This document shows positions 28,229 through 37,763 of a stretch of 64,000 nucleotides of DNA, one piece after another. Numbering within the stretch: the stretch's first letter is position 1; the number at the start of each line of letters is the position of its first letter. Below the pieces are notes generated by a model. The model was not told the DNA's origin and did no database searches. It saw only the letters and a program-made list of their open reading frames with translations. The position numbers and the translations under genes were made by a program. Origin of the DNA: Candidatus Moraniibacteriota bacterium (GTDB lineage: Bacteria; Patescibacteriota; Minisyncoccia; Moranbacterales; UBA1568); assembly GCA_037201605.1 (NCBI GenBank), contig JBBCGM010000002.1, forward strand, positions 16,697-80,696, given 5' to 3'.

Positions 28229-28317
28229 GTTGACCCAACCATTCCATTACGCACGGATTTTATTGTCCCCAGAAAGGGGCGGTTCTGCCGACAAGCATCC
28301 GTGCAAGTTGGGTCAAC
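28229..28317 (+). promoter_or_regulatory. 89-bp nested inverted repeat between a TATAAT box and the recombinase start
   Basis: GTTGACCCAAC (28229-28239) pairs with GTTGGGTCAAC (28307-28317). Inside it, GCACGGAT pairs with ATCCGTGC. Innermost is CCCC-agaaa-GGGG. A TATAAT box precedes the repeat at 28216-28221. Confidence 0.55.
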
Positions 28318-28347
28318 CAGGACCGTCCCTTTTTGTTTTGAAACTCT

Positions 28348-29922
28348 ATGAAAAGAAGCCCCGAGAAAATTAAATATTTCCTCTACGCCCGGAGGTCCTC
28401 TGAGGGCGAGGATCGGCAGATGGCCTCGATTGATTCCCAGATCGTCGAATTGACCAAGTTGGCCCAAGAGAACGGTTTAGAGATCTCGGGCATCTTCAAA
28501 GAATCCAAATCGGCTAAGGCGCCGGGACGCGAAGTCTTTTCGGAGATGATGCAGCGCATCGAGAAAGGAGAGGCTGACGGCATTATCTGTTGGAAACTGA
28601 ATCGCCTGGCACGAAATCCGATTGACGGAGGGAAAATCAGTTGGATGCTCCAGCAAGGCATCGTCAAACACATCTTCACCCATGGGCGGAGCTACTATCC
28701 CAGTGACAATGTAATCGTGATGGCCGTTGAGCTCGGTATGGCCAACCAATTCATCCGGGACCTCAGCACGGACACGAAGAGAGGACTCCTCTCAAAAGCT
28801 GAACGCGGCTGGTATCCGGCCTTTTCCACGATCGGCTACATAGACAATCCCATGCGCCGGAAGGGGGAGAAAGATATTGTTCCTGATCCTGCGCGTTTTC
28901 CTTTGGTACGAAAAATGTTCGACCTCATGCTCACCGGAACGTACACTACCCCGATGATTCTCGAAATTGCTACACGCGAATGGGGACTCCGGATGAAAAA
29001 CGGGAAGCCGATGGCGCGAAGCACCGCCTATCGAATCCTTGCCGATCCTTTTTATTACGGAGAGTTCGAGTACCCCAAGGACAGCGGGAATTGGTATCGA
29101 GGAAAGCACGAGCCGATGATCACGCGCGACGAGTACGATCGTATCCAACGTTTGCTCGGCAGAAAAGGCAGCCCTCGAGTTCGGACCCACATGTTCACGT
29201 TCACAGGCATGATTCGCTGCGGTGAGTGCGGATGCCTAATCACCGCCGAGAAAAAGACGAAGTATCAAAAGAACGGGAACATTCATTCCTATACTTACTA
29301 TCGGTGCACAAAGCAAAGAGTCCCCTGCTCTCAGAAAACTCTTCGGAGTGGGGTTCTGAGAGAACAGATCCTCGGAGAATTGGATCGGATTACCATTCCT
29401 CCTGAATTCAAGGAATGGGCGATGGAAATCCTGGAGGCGCAAAGCAAGGAAAGCTCCTCGGGCAAAAAGACTATTACTGCTACTCAGCAAAAGAGTTACG
29501 AGGCCTGTCTCAATGAACTCGATGGACTCATCAGCATGCGAGCTCGTGGGGAGATTGATCAAGAAACTTTTCTTCGGAAGAAACTTGAACTGGAGAAAGA
29601 AAAAAGTAGGTTAGCCGAAATTCTCAAAGAAGGAGACGCGGTTACGGGAGACTGGCTGGAGAGAGCGGAGCGGCTTTTCGGTTTTTCCGAACTCGCCAAG
29701 TATCGTTTTGAGACCAGCACCCGTCAGGAGAAGAGGGAGGTTCTAGCCTTTCTCGGCTCGAACCTCACCCTCAAGGACCGAAAATTGCTTATTCAAAGGA
29801 AAAATGAGCTGTTACTTATCGAACAACTCGCTAAAGAGGAGAGATTGATCCGGGAACCGTTAGAACCTCTTGATTTACCTTTAGATAAAGCAAAACCGGG
29901 CAGAATATGCCCAGAGTCCTAG
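28348..29922 (+). CDS. Large serine recombinase (integrase type)
   Basis: Resolvase-type N-terminus YARRSSEGEDRQMASIDSQ with the catalytic Ser, and ICWKLNRLARN. A recombinase domain follows, then the zinc ribbon CGECGCLITAEKKTKYQKNGNIHSYTYYRCTK and a C-terminal coiled coil. 524 aa. Confidence 0.9.
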   Translation: MKRSPEKIKYFLYARRSSEGEDRQMASIDSQIVELTKLAQENGLEISGIFKESKSAKAPGREVFSEMMQRIEKGEADGIICWKLNRLARNPIDGGKISWMLQQGIVKHIFTHGRSYYPSDNVIVMAVELGMANQFIRDLSTDTKRGLLSKAERGWYPAFSTIGYIDNPMRRKGEKDIVPDPARFPLVRKMFDLMLTGTYTTPMILEIATREWGLRMKNGKPMARSTAYRILADPFYYGEFEYPKDSGNWYRGKHEPMITRDEYDRIQRLLGRKGSPRVRTHMFTFTGMIRCGECGCLITAEKKTKYQKNGNIHSYTYYRCTKQRVPCSQKTLRSGVLREQILGELDRITIPPEFKEWAMEILEAQSKESSSGKKTITATQQKSYEACLNELDGLISMRARGEIDQETFLRKKLELEKEKSRLAEILKEGDAVTGDWLERAERLFGFSELAKYRFETSTRQEKREVLAFLGSNLTLKDRKLLIQRKNELLLIEQLAKEERLIREPLEPLDLPLDKAKPGRICPES

Positions 29923-29926
29923 AATG

Positions 29927-29998
29927 CTCCGGCGGTAGGATTCGAACCTACGACCAAGTGGTTAACAGCCACCTGCTCTACCACTGAGCTACGCCGGA
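29927..29998 (-). tRNA. tRNA-Asn (anticodon GTT)
   Basis: Hand-folded cloverleaf: acceptor stem TCCGGCG/CGCCGGA, D stem GCTC/GAGC, anticodon stem GGTGG/CCACT with loop CTGTTAA, T stem GTAGG/CCTAC with loop TTCGAAT. CCA is not encoded. Confidence 0.9.
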
Positions 29999-30065
29999 AT
30001 GGTATGAGTTGTAAAAATTGCCTTTTCAGGCAACGGGGACATTCTAGTCCAAACCCAAGAGGAAA

Positions 30066-30563
30066 TCAAGCCTCGGATCCTAGCAGTTCAAGCGCTGCCA
30101 GGCCGTAGCGCTTCATGGACGGATGGATATCCGGATGGGCGATAAGCTCGTCTTTGGTAAGCCAAATACAGCCGCCACTCTTTTCCTCCCCTTCCGGTTC
30201 GATAATCTCATCCTTCTCCGCCTTACCCGCATACACGAGGCTCAGATGCCGGTGCGTATCACTTACCGCATGGATGTTCATGAAAAGCGGCCGAGAAAGC
30301 TCTTGGTAGGCAGCACTTGCGCCTCTGGTCTCCTCAAAAACCGGCACTTCATCAGCCTGATAGAGGACAATATCCAAACCCGTTTCTTCCTTCACCTCGC
30401 GGAGAGCCGCTTGTTCCGGCAATTCATTGAGCTCGATATGGCCGCCGGGTACCAGCCACAGCTTGTGCTTGTCGTGGAAGCGGAACAGGACTTTGTCTCG
30501 ATAGACTACGAAAACGTCTGCGGTGTAGTCAATCTCATTGGGAGCCGTATGAATGTGGGGCAT
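30066..30563 (-). CDS. Nudix hydrolase
   Basis: Nudix box GGHIELNELPEQAALREVKEETGLDI (GX5EX7REUXEEXGU). Confidence 0.85.
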   Translation of the reverse strand: MPHIHTAPNEIDYTADVFVVYRDKVLFRFHDKHKLWLVPGGHIELNELPEQAALREVKEETGLDIVLYQADEVPVFEETRGASAAYQELSRPLFMNIHAVSDTHRHLSLVYAGKAEKDEIIEPEGEEKSGGCIWLTKDELIAHPDIHPSMKRYGLAALELLGSEA

Positions 30564-30601
30564 AGAGCGAAAAAGCCGCGTGGGCGGCTTTTGTTTTCGG
30601 C

Positions 30602-32011
30602 TTAGTAATCCCGAAGCTTGCGAAGGCTTTCATGCTCGCGGATCTTCTCGAGCGCTTTGGCTTCGATCTGACGAATACGCTCGCGCGTTACGCCGAATTC
30701 TTGGCCCACTTCTTCGAGGGTGTGGGTTACACCGTCTTCGAGTCCGAAGCGGATTTTGAGAATCTTCTGTTCGCGCGGAGTCAGAGTATCGAGGATATCG
30801 GTAATGTGCGAGCGGAGAAGCTTGCGCGAAGCCGACTGGTTAGGCATAACCGTTTCCGTATCTTCAATGAAATCGCCAAGTACGCTGTCGTCATCGCTAT
30901 CCCCTACCGACGTCTCGAGCGAAACGGTTTCCTGAGAAATTTTCTGGATGTGGCGGATTTTCTCGACTTCCATGTTCATTTCGGCGGCGATTTCCTCGGC
31001 CAGAGGTTCACGGCCCAACTCCTGCACAAGGCGACGCGTGACTTGGGCATACTTGTTGATCGTCTCGACCATGTGCACCGGAATGCGGATGGTGCGCGAC
31101 TGGTCTGCAAGCGCACGCGTGATGGCCTGGCGGATCCACCAGGTAGCGTAGGTCGAGAACTTGAAACCCTTGCGATAGTCGAACTTCTCCACAGCGCGGA
31201 ACAGGCCGATATTGCCTTCTTGGATCAGGTCGAGGAGTGAAAGATTGTGCGAGCGGCCTACGTACTTTTTGGCGATAGAAACAACGAGACGCAGGTTGGC
31301 TTCGGTCAGGCGCTGCTTGGCCATGGGGTCGCCCTTTTCAATCAGCTTGGCAAGGCGCACTTCTTCTTCGCCGGAGAGGAGCGCCACGCGGCCGATTTCC
31401 TTAAGATACATCTGTACCAAATCGGAAGTATTGTCCCCGCCTTCCATTTCTTCCCGTTTGCTCTTTTTGGTCGTAGTCTTCTTGCCCTTAGTCTCCTTAC
31501 CAAATTCCTCGCCGACGCGATCGGTCTCAATTTTGAGCATCTCATCAGAACCGACAATACGGATGCCGGCCGTCTCGAGTTCGCTGTAGAGGCTTTCAAG
31601 ATCAGAGAGGTCCTGTTCGACATCCGGCAGGATGTGAATGATCTCATCTTCCGTGACAAAGCCGCGCTGCTTGCCTCGTATCAAGAGTTCATGCAGGGCA
31701 GTATCTCGATCTTCCGCTTTGCGCTTGGATGACCGGTGAGCTGGCTTCTTTTTAGGCCTCTTTAAAGCCTTTTTTTGACTTTTCTTGGCTGCTTTTTTCG
31801 GGCTTTTTTTGGCCGGTTTACGGACTGTCTTTTTGACAGTTTTACGGACTGATTTCTTTTGAACCGCTTTTTTTACCGGCTTGCGGACGGCTTTCTTGGC
31901 CTTTTTCGGGGCGCTTTTCTTTTTCGTGGTACGCTTTGCTACCGGCTTCTTGCGGGCCGATTTCGCCTTTACGGCAGGCTTTTTGCGGATTGGCTTTTTT
32001 TTGGATGCCAT
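30602..32011 (-). CDS. rpoD: Primary RNA polymerase sigma factor with a ~100-aa Lys/Ala/Pro-rich N-terminal tail
   Basis: Region 2 ([13 protein letters not shown]), region 3 and region 4 ([24 protein letters not shown]) are present. The N-terminus is [44 protein letters not shown]... The likely start is MASKKK at 32011. Confidence 0.9.
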   Translation of the reverse strand: MASKKKPIRKKPAVKAKSARKKPVAKRTTKKKSAPKKAKKAVRKPVKKAVQKKSVRKTVKKTVRKPAKKSPKKAAKKSQKKALKRPKKKPAHRSSKRKAEDRDTALHELLIRGKQRGFVTEDEIIHILPDVEQDLSDLESLYSELETAGIRIVGSDEMLKIETDRVGEEFGKETKGKKTTTKKSKREEMEGGDNTSDLVQMYLKEIGRVALLSGEEEVRLAKLIEKGDPMAKQRLTEANLRLVVSIAKKYVGRSHNLSLLDLIQEGNIGLFRAVEKFDYRKGFKFSTYATWWIRQAITRALADQSRTIRIPVHMVETINKYAQVTRRLVQELGREPLAEEIAAEMNMEVEKIRHIQKISQETVSLETSVGDSDDDSVLGDFIEDTETVMPNQSASRKLLRSHITDILDTLTPREQKILKIRFGLEDGVTHTLEEVGQEFGVTRERIRQIEAKALEKIREHESLRKLRDY

Positions 32012-32095
32012 AGAGAGAGGGGCTAAAGACAAATGATACGAAAACGATTTTGAATACCCCATCCTAGCAGGTTTTCCCGCTCCTGGGAAGCGGGG

Positions 32096-33895
32096 CTAAG
32101 CGGCCTTGGAGGTCTTGGAAAATTCGGCGAGTAGGCGGCGCTCTTCGTCCCGATCGCCGCGCTCTTTGGCCGCCCGAATGTCTCGTTCCAAATCATGGAG
32201 ACGCTCAGTATGAGAAAGCTCTCTGGCAAGGCCTTCCAGATACCCCGAGGTAAGCTCGGCTAGTTTGGCGGATTTGGATTCTTCGGGAAGTGCTGCGATT
32301 TCGGGATTCTCCCATGCGTGGAACATGAGACGGGTCACCTCCCCTTTCACATCAGCGCTCTCGATGAGGGAAAGCGGATCATGGCCGTCACTTTGTACGA
32401 GAAAGAAAAAGAGCGGATGGCTGGAGAGGTAATCGCGAGTTTGTTCGTCAGCCGAGGAAAGAACCTGCTCTCTCACAGCGCGGTCGGCGTACATACTTGA
32501 AATGACCTCTTCGCGCAAACGCTCTGCGCGGCTGGAGGCGAGGGGGGCGCTATTGAGCACCGTCTGAGGAACGGCGGTTCCGAGCTGAGCGGGCTTGGAC
32601 TGGCTATTCACCAGGGCAAGGATGGTTTTCTCATCCACTCCGATTTTTTCAGCCAAGCGCTTGGTCCAATGGGAACGCTCGATCGGATTGGCCGTTACCG
32701 CAAGAAGTGTTGCGTATTCTTCGGTGATAGCCCGTTTGCCAGCGGCCGTGCGAGTATCGTGCTGCTTGAGGAGCTCTTCCAGAAAATATTGGAGGGCGGG
32801 CACTGCACCGCTTACAGCCTGCTTGAGCGCCTCAGGGTTTTCGGCACCCATGTCGGCCGCGTCCTTGCCGGAAGGCAGCGCCACAATGTTTACAGCAAGC
32901 TCACGGCCGAGCGCCAGAAGCGCGCTTTTGCGCGCCGCCGCCTGTCCCGCCCCGTCCATATCGAAAAAGAGTGAAACAGTTTTGCCGTAGCGCTTCATAA
33001 GCGTGAGCTGCTCGTCAGTGAGCGCAGTGCCGGAAACCGCTACCGTATTGGCAATACCTGCCTGATGCATGGCAATCACGTCCATATTGCCCTCCACGAC
33101 CACGGTGGCCCCAGCCTGCTTGAGAGCCTGCTTGGCCTGGAACAGTCCGTACAGGGCGCGGCTCTTGTGGTAGAGCGCTGTCTCCGGAGTATTAATGTAT
33201 TTGGCCTGAGACTCGTCAGCACCCGGAGCAAGGCGGGCGGAAAAGCCTACGGCTCGTCCGAAAATATCAAAAATGGGGAACATGACGCGGGAACGAAAAC
33301 GGTCGTAGACGCTCGTCCCTCCTTCTTTTTTCAAAGCCATGCCTGCAGCTTCCATCTCTGGGCCCGTATACCCCTTGGCTGCGAGAAAAGAAGCGAGGTG
33401 TTCCCAGCCATCGGGAGCAAAGCCGAGGCGGAAGGTGCGGATGCTGTCCTCCGACAGTCCGCGTTTTTTAAGATACGGCAGAATCTTGGTGCGGCCTGGG
33501 CCCTCCCAGAGCTGTTTCTCGTAAAAACGTAAGGAAAGATCAAGAATCTGCTCCAAACGTTCTTTTTCATCACGCTTAGCGCCCTCGGCTTCTGCGCCGC
33601 GATACTGCGGCAGCTCGACGCCGGCGCGTTCCGCTAAAAGGACCAGCGCCTCGCGAAAACTGAGCCCATCCATCTCCATAACAAAGGCAAAAATATCCCC
33701 TCCCCGATTGCAGCCGAAGCAGTGCCACATGTTGCGCTCCTCATTCACCATGAAAGAGGGCGTGCGTTCCTGGTGAAAGGGGCAGTTGGCCTTGTAATGA
33801 GCGCCTGATTTTTCGAGCTTCAAATAGCCACCGATCACGTCCACGACGTTCAGGCGGCTCTTAATCTCTTCGGGGGCGTTTTGGGAGAAAGGCAT
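32096..33895 (-). CDS. dnaG: DNA primase
   Basis: CHC2 zinc finger CPFHQERTPSFMVNEERNMWHCFGC and a Toprim domain (VVVEGNMDVIA, FFDMDGAGQ). 599 aa. Confidence 0.9.
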   Translation of the reverse strand: MPFSQNAPEEIKSRLNVVDVIGGYLKLEKSGAHYKANCPFHQERTPSFMVNEERNMWHCFGCNRGGDIFAFVMEMDGLSFREALVLLAERAGVELPQYRGAEAEGAKRDEKERLEQILDLSLRFYEKQLWEGPGRTKILPYLKKRGLSEDSIRTFRLGFAPDGWEHLASFLAAKGYTGPEMEAAGMALKKEGGTSVYDRFRSRVMFPIFDIFGRAVGFSARLAPGADESQAKYINTPETALYHKSRALYGLFQAKQALKQAGATVVVEGNMDVIAMHQAGIANTVAVSGTALTDEQLTLMKRYGKTVSLFFDMDGAGQAAARKSALLALGRELAVNIVALPSGKDAADMGAENPEALKQAVSGAVPALQYFLEELLKQHDTRTAAGKRAITEEYATLLAVTANPIERSHWTKRLAEKIGVDEKTILALVNSQSKPAQLGTAVPQTVLNSAPLASSRAERLREEVISSMYADRAVREQVLSSADEQTRDYLSSHPLFFFLVQSDGHDPLSLIESADVKGEVTRLMFHAWENPEIAALPEESKSAKLAELTSGYLEGLARELSHTERLHDLERDIRAAKERGDRDEERRLLAEFSKTSKAA

Positions 33896-33986
33896 ACGCG
33901 TGGATTCAGACTACCGGAAAGGCCGAAAGAAGCAAAGCCGGCCCAAGGGTATGCCCGGAGCCGGCCAGAAAAAGGCTTTATAAGGG

Positions 33987-34586
33987 CTATTTTTCGACTC
34001 CGAAGACAACGACGAGGGGCGTGGTGGCAGTTTCCTTGTTGGCGGCATCGGCGGGCTTGGCAGAAACCCCTTCATAGCTCTTGGCGAGAGTGGCCACCAA
34101 TGCCTGAGCCTCTTTTTCCTTGCCGCTCGCATAGTAGACCGTCTTGCCGGTGAAATCCCCGGTCGAGCTGGCGGTCGAGACTTTCGTGTATCCGGCTTGC
34201 TTCAAGACCTCTGCGACTTTGGCGGCTGTGCCGGCAGGCGCGCCGCCGTTCAAAATGGTAATAGCAAGTGTCTGTGAGGCGGTAAGGTCGGCAGAGGAAG
34301 GCAGGGCGGGTGCCGGTGCAACAGATTCGTCCACAAGGCTTTCCGTTACGAGCGGCTCTTCGATTGTGACATCCTGCAGACCCTCAATCGAAAGGGCCGA
34401 GCTCTGCACCTGCGAGTGTTGCCAGACGCGGTATGCTCCCCAACCGATACCAGCGAGAGAACCAAGTACGATCAGGAAGAGCAAGACAAAGATACCTTTT
34501 CCAAAAAGCGCCTCCCGATTCTTCGGGCGCGCGGCACCTGCGGGCAGAAGCGTTTCCGTTTCTGGTCCAACGCCATTTGGCTCCAT
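33987..34586 (-). CDS. LytR_C domain membrane protein (paralogue type of 4786..5570)
   Basis: N-terminal TM helix, then LAITILNGGAPAGTAAKVAEVLKQAGYTKV...GKTVYYASGKEKEAQALVATL. Confidence 0.7.
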   Translation of the reverse strand: MEPNGVGPETETLLPAGAARPKNREALFGKGIFVLLFLIVLGSLAGIGWGAYRVWQHSQVQSSALSIEGLQDVTIEEPLVTESLVDESVAPAPALPSSADLTASQTLAITILNGGAPAGTAAKVAEVLKQAGYTKVSTASSTGDFTGKTVYYASGKEKEAQALVATLAKSYEGVSAKPADAANKETATTPLVVVFGVEK

Positions 34587-34597
34587 ATCTTTTTCTC

Positions 34598-35149
34598 TTA
34601 GTTTTTAAATTTTTTCCAGGCAAAGCCGACTAGCAAGACCAGCGCCAGTCCGAGAATAATCACGTGAAGCACATCGGACATAAGGCCCCAGTACCAGACG
34701 GAACCGATGATAAGCGAGAGTACCCCTCCAAATGAGGCTGCGGAAGCCAGAACATTCGGGATCTTCAGAAACGCTCCGGCCGCAAGCAGGGCAACGCCCA
34801 AAATCGAAAAGACTACGAAGACATTGCGCTCATGAGGCTTACGAGCTTCTTCGAACTGTGCATTGCAGACAGCGGTCGTATCGCAGTACCCGCCCGAAAG
34901 AAGGCTGGGGTCGGGATTCCACTGTCCACTGGCTGCCGTACAGGCATCGGGACTCGTAGCAGCTGCAGCCTTGCCATTCTCGACCGGGCAGAAGTCCATG
35001 TACTGCGGAGCCGGATACCACAGATTGACCACGTAGACGAAGAAGAGGTTGAGCACGATGGCAATCCCGAGAATGAAAGCCCAAGAAACGAGCGGCGAAG
35101 GTTTGGAGAGGGTTTCCATAGGAGAAAAATGTTTTCTCCAGTATAGCAT
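34598..35149 (-). CDS. Integral membrane protein with a Cys-rich extracellular loop, unknown function
   Basis: Four predicted TM helices and a loop with 4 Cys (DFCPV...DACTA...GYCDTTAVC). The likely start is METLSK at 35119. Confidence 0.5.
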   Translation of the reverse strand: MLYWRKHFSPMETLSKPSPLVSWAFILGIAIVLNLFFVYVVNLWYPAPQYMDFCPVENGKAAAATSPDACTAASGQWNPDPSLLSGGYCDTTAVCNAQFEEARKPHERNVFVVFSILGVALLAAGAFLKIPNVLASAASFGGVLSLIIGSVWYWGLMSDVLHVIILGLALVLLVGFAWKKFKN

Positions 35150-35167
35150 GCGGCAGCCGACTGCAAC

Positions 35168-36333
35168 CTATTTCCTGATAGCGCGCGCCACTGCCGGTAC
35201 TACGGCTTTGTCAAAGACATCGGGGACGATGCGTTCCGCACGGGGTTCTTTCACGAGAGCAGCGAGATTCTTGGCAGCGCGGATAAGCATGTCGTCGGTA
35301 ATGCGCTCAACGCGATGGTCGAGAGCTCCGCGAAAAATACCGGGGAATCCAAGGGCATTGTTGACCTGGTTCGGGAAGTCGGAACGGCCCGTTGCAATGA
35401 CGCGCGCGCCGCCTGCCTTGGCTTCGTCTGGGAGGATTTCGGGATCGGGGTTGGCAAGCGCAAAGATGATCGGATCAGGTGCCATAGAGGCCACGTGCTT
35501 GCGACTGAGCAAATTGCCCCGGGAAACACCGATGAAAACATCGGCTCCGACAAGCGCCTCCTCGAGACTCCCCTCTTTGCCTTCGGGATTGGTGAGTGTG
35601 GCCAGTTCTTGTTTGGAGGATGAGAGATCCTTGCGGCCCTTGGCAATAATGCCGACACTATCGGTCACCAGAATGCGCGTAATGCCAAATTGAACGAGCA
35701 GTTTGGCGATGGCCTGACCGGCAGCGCCCGCGCCGCTAATGACAACCATCGCACGAGCCGGTTTCTTCTTAGTGACTTTGAAGGCATTGATGAGACCGGC
35801 AAGTACCACCATGGCTGTTCCGTGCTGGTCATCATGAAAAACGGGAATGGAGAGCGCCTCTTGGAGTGCCGCTTCGATAGTAAAGCAGCGAGGGGCGGCG
35901 ATGTCTTCGAGATTAATGCCGCCAAAGGTCGGGGCAATATGCTTAAGAGTTTCGACGATCTCTTTTTCATCCTGGGTATTGAGAAGAATCGGCACGGCAT
36001 CGATATCGGCAAGCGCTTTGAAGAGCATGGCTTTGCCTTCCATGACCGGATAGGCTCCTTCCGGCCCGATATTACCGAGACCCAGCACGGCTGAACCGTC
36101 AGAAACGACGGCCACGCTGTTGCCGCGCATGGTATAGTGACCGGTTTCACTTGGTTTTTGGGCAAGAAAGCTCGACACGGCACCCACGCCGGGCGTATAG
36201 AACAGCTTGAGATTGGCGCGCGTCAGACGCTCTTTGGGAGTAACGGAAATCTTCCTTCCAGCTTGCGATGAATAAGCAGGGCCTCGCGCGCGAGGCCCTG
36301 TGCCTGAGCGGGTTTTTTGGCTTTTCTCTGCAT
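35168..36333 (-). CDS. NAD(P)-dependent malic enzyme, short form (one frameshift near the 5' end)
   Basis: VAVVSDGSAVLGLGNIGPEGAYPVMEGKAMLFK and a Rossmann motif VISGAGAAGQAIAKLL. The true N-terminus MQRKAKKPAQAQGLAREALLIHRKLEG (ATG 36333) is one frame off. Restoring GGAAAG from GGAAG near 36252 gives GKISVTPKE. Confidence 0.85.
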
Positions 36334-36335
36334 GG

Positions 36336-36692
36336 CTATTTCTTCTTTTTGTCGAGCTTATCCAAGCGCAGGAGTTTGACACCAAAGTAGACGACAGCAG
36401 CCAAAATGGCAAAGTCGATAAGCACGGAAACGAAATCGCCCCACATGACCGCGGCGCTCCCTACTTCTACTTTGGCATCCTTGAGGTTCTGAGCCCGGCC
36501 CATAAGCAATCCGACCAGCGGATTGACGATATCGGTCACGAGAGCGGTCACCACTTTGGACACCGCGCCGCCCAAGATGAAACCGACCGCGAGGCCGACG
36601 ACTCCCTGCTCGCGAATGAAATCAAGAAAACCGAGGATGTGATTACGCACGATGTTTTTTGGCATACCCTTTTTACCCGTCGACTCTAGCAC
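36336..36692 (-). CDS. mscL: Large-conductance mechanosensitive channel
   Basis: FLDFIREQGVVGLAVGFILGGAVSKVVTALVTDIVNPLVG, a second TM helix, and a KKKK tail. Confidence 0.9.
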   Translation of the reverse strand: MLESTGKKGMPKNIVRNHILGFLDFIREQGVVGLAVGFILGGAVSKVVTALVTDIVNPLVGLLMGRAQNLKDAKVEVGSAAVMWGDFVSVLIDFAILAAVVYFGVKLLRLDKLDKKKK

Positions 36693-36714
36693 AGGCCGAA
36701 GACGAGCGTCTAGC

Positions 36715-37284
36715 TTAGGCAGTACGAGCCTGCTTCAGGGCATTGCCCCACCAGGTAAGATCCTGGAAAGCGTTCTCGAATTTGCCGGCAAGCTCTTCGT
36801 TTACGGGTGTACCGTCTTCGTTAAACGCCTGCCAGACCCACGGGATGTAGACCGCGTCGCGGATAGAGGCCATATGAAGCTCGACGGCGACTTGGCGCAG
36901 CTGTTCAACGGCACGAGCGCCTCCCATTTCCGCTCCGTAGCCGACAAACATGACCGGCTTGCGGTGCCATTCGGAATAGAGATGGTCGAGCGCGTTCTTG
37001 AGAATCGCGGGGTAGCCGTGGTTATATTCGGTCGTGACGATAATAAAGGCATCGGCTTCTTTGACCTTCTGCGACCAAGTGCTCACTGCCGGGTCGGCAT
37101 ACTGCTCTTTGGCCTGCGAAGGAGTCGGGCTTCCGATCTCGTAGGGAATAGCAAGCGTCCGCAGGTCGAGAAACTCGACTTCCCACTCAGGCTGCTTCTC
37201 AGCGAGAGAAGCCGTGAATTTGGCGGGCTTTTCCCCGAAGGTCTCATCCCGATGCGTCCCCCAGATGACTTTGACTTTCAACAT
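36715..37284 (-). CDS. NAD(P)H-dependent FMN reductase family oxidoreductase
   Basis: Flavodoxin-like pattern KVKVIWGTHR...ADAFIIVTTEYNHGYPAILKNALDHL. Confidence 0.75.
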   Translation of the reverse strand: MLKVKVIWGTHRDETFGEKPAKFTASLAEKQPEWEVEFLDLRTLAIPYEIGSPTPSQAKEQYADPAVSTWSQKVKEADAFIIVTTEYNHGYPAILKNALDHLYSEWHRKPVMFVGYGAEMGGARAVEQLRQVAVELHMASIRDAVYIPWVWQAFNEDGTPVNEELAGKFENAFQDLTWWGNALKQARTA

Positions 37285-37370
37285 AATAGTGTGATTGAGT
37301 AAATTACCCTCTGAGTATACTCCCTATGCTTTACATTGTAAAGTATCTATTCCCATGCTAGGCTATTCCT

Positions 37371-37709
37371 ATGCCAAAAACTTCCTCCCCCGCCAAACAC
37401 ACGGACTGCCCGCTCACCAAGGTGACCGATATTCTCGGTGACCAGTATTCGCTCCGCATCGTGCGGGACTTGCTTAGCGGTCCCAAGCGCTTTACCGAGC
37501 TCCAGCACTCCCTTACGGGCATCAGCACGCGCACCCTTACCCTCAAGCTCCAGAAGCTCGAGTGCGCCCGCCTAATCAAACGCAAAGCCTACAGCGAAAA
37601 GCCGCCGCGCGTCGAATATACACTTACCTCGGAAGGTAAGGGCCTCTCAAGCGTCGTGAACGCCATGATGCGCTACGGGGAGAAGTACCTCTCTTCCGAA
37701 AAATCTTGA
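37371..37709 (+). CDS. HxlR-family winged-helix transcriptional regulator
   Basis: CPLTKVTDILGDQYSLRIVRDLLSGPKRFTELQHSLTGISTRTLTLKLQKLECARLIKRKAY...PPRVEYTLT. It is divergent from the FMN reductase gene, a common pairing. Confidence 0.85.
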   Translation: MPKTSSPAKHTDCPLTKVTDILGDQYSLRIVRDLLSGPKRFTELQHSLTGISTRTLTLKLQKLECARLIKRKAYSEKPPRVEYTLTSEGKGLSSVVNAMMRYGEKYLSSEKS

Positions 37710-37763
37710 GCCTTTATAGCGTAAATGGGTATACAGTAGAGATATAATCCCTAGCCGCTCATT

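Larger units (their letters stand above)
17780..29926. mobile_element. Putative integrated genomic island at the 3' end of tRNA-Asn (left boundary uncertain, 16.99-18.25 kb)
   Basis: The serine integrase abuts the tRNA. GC drops sharply (about 20-40% in sampled 60-mers, against about 53% in the flanks). Gene content is accessory and defence-type. Core genes lie on both sides (murI on the left, Nudix and rpoD on the right). Confidence 0.55.
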
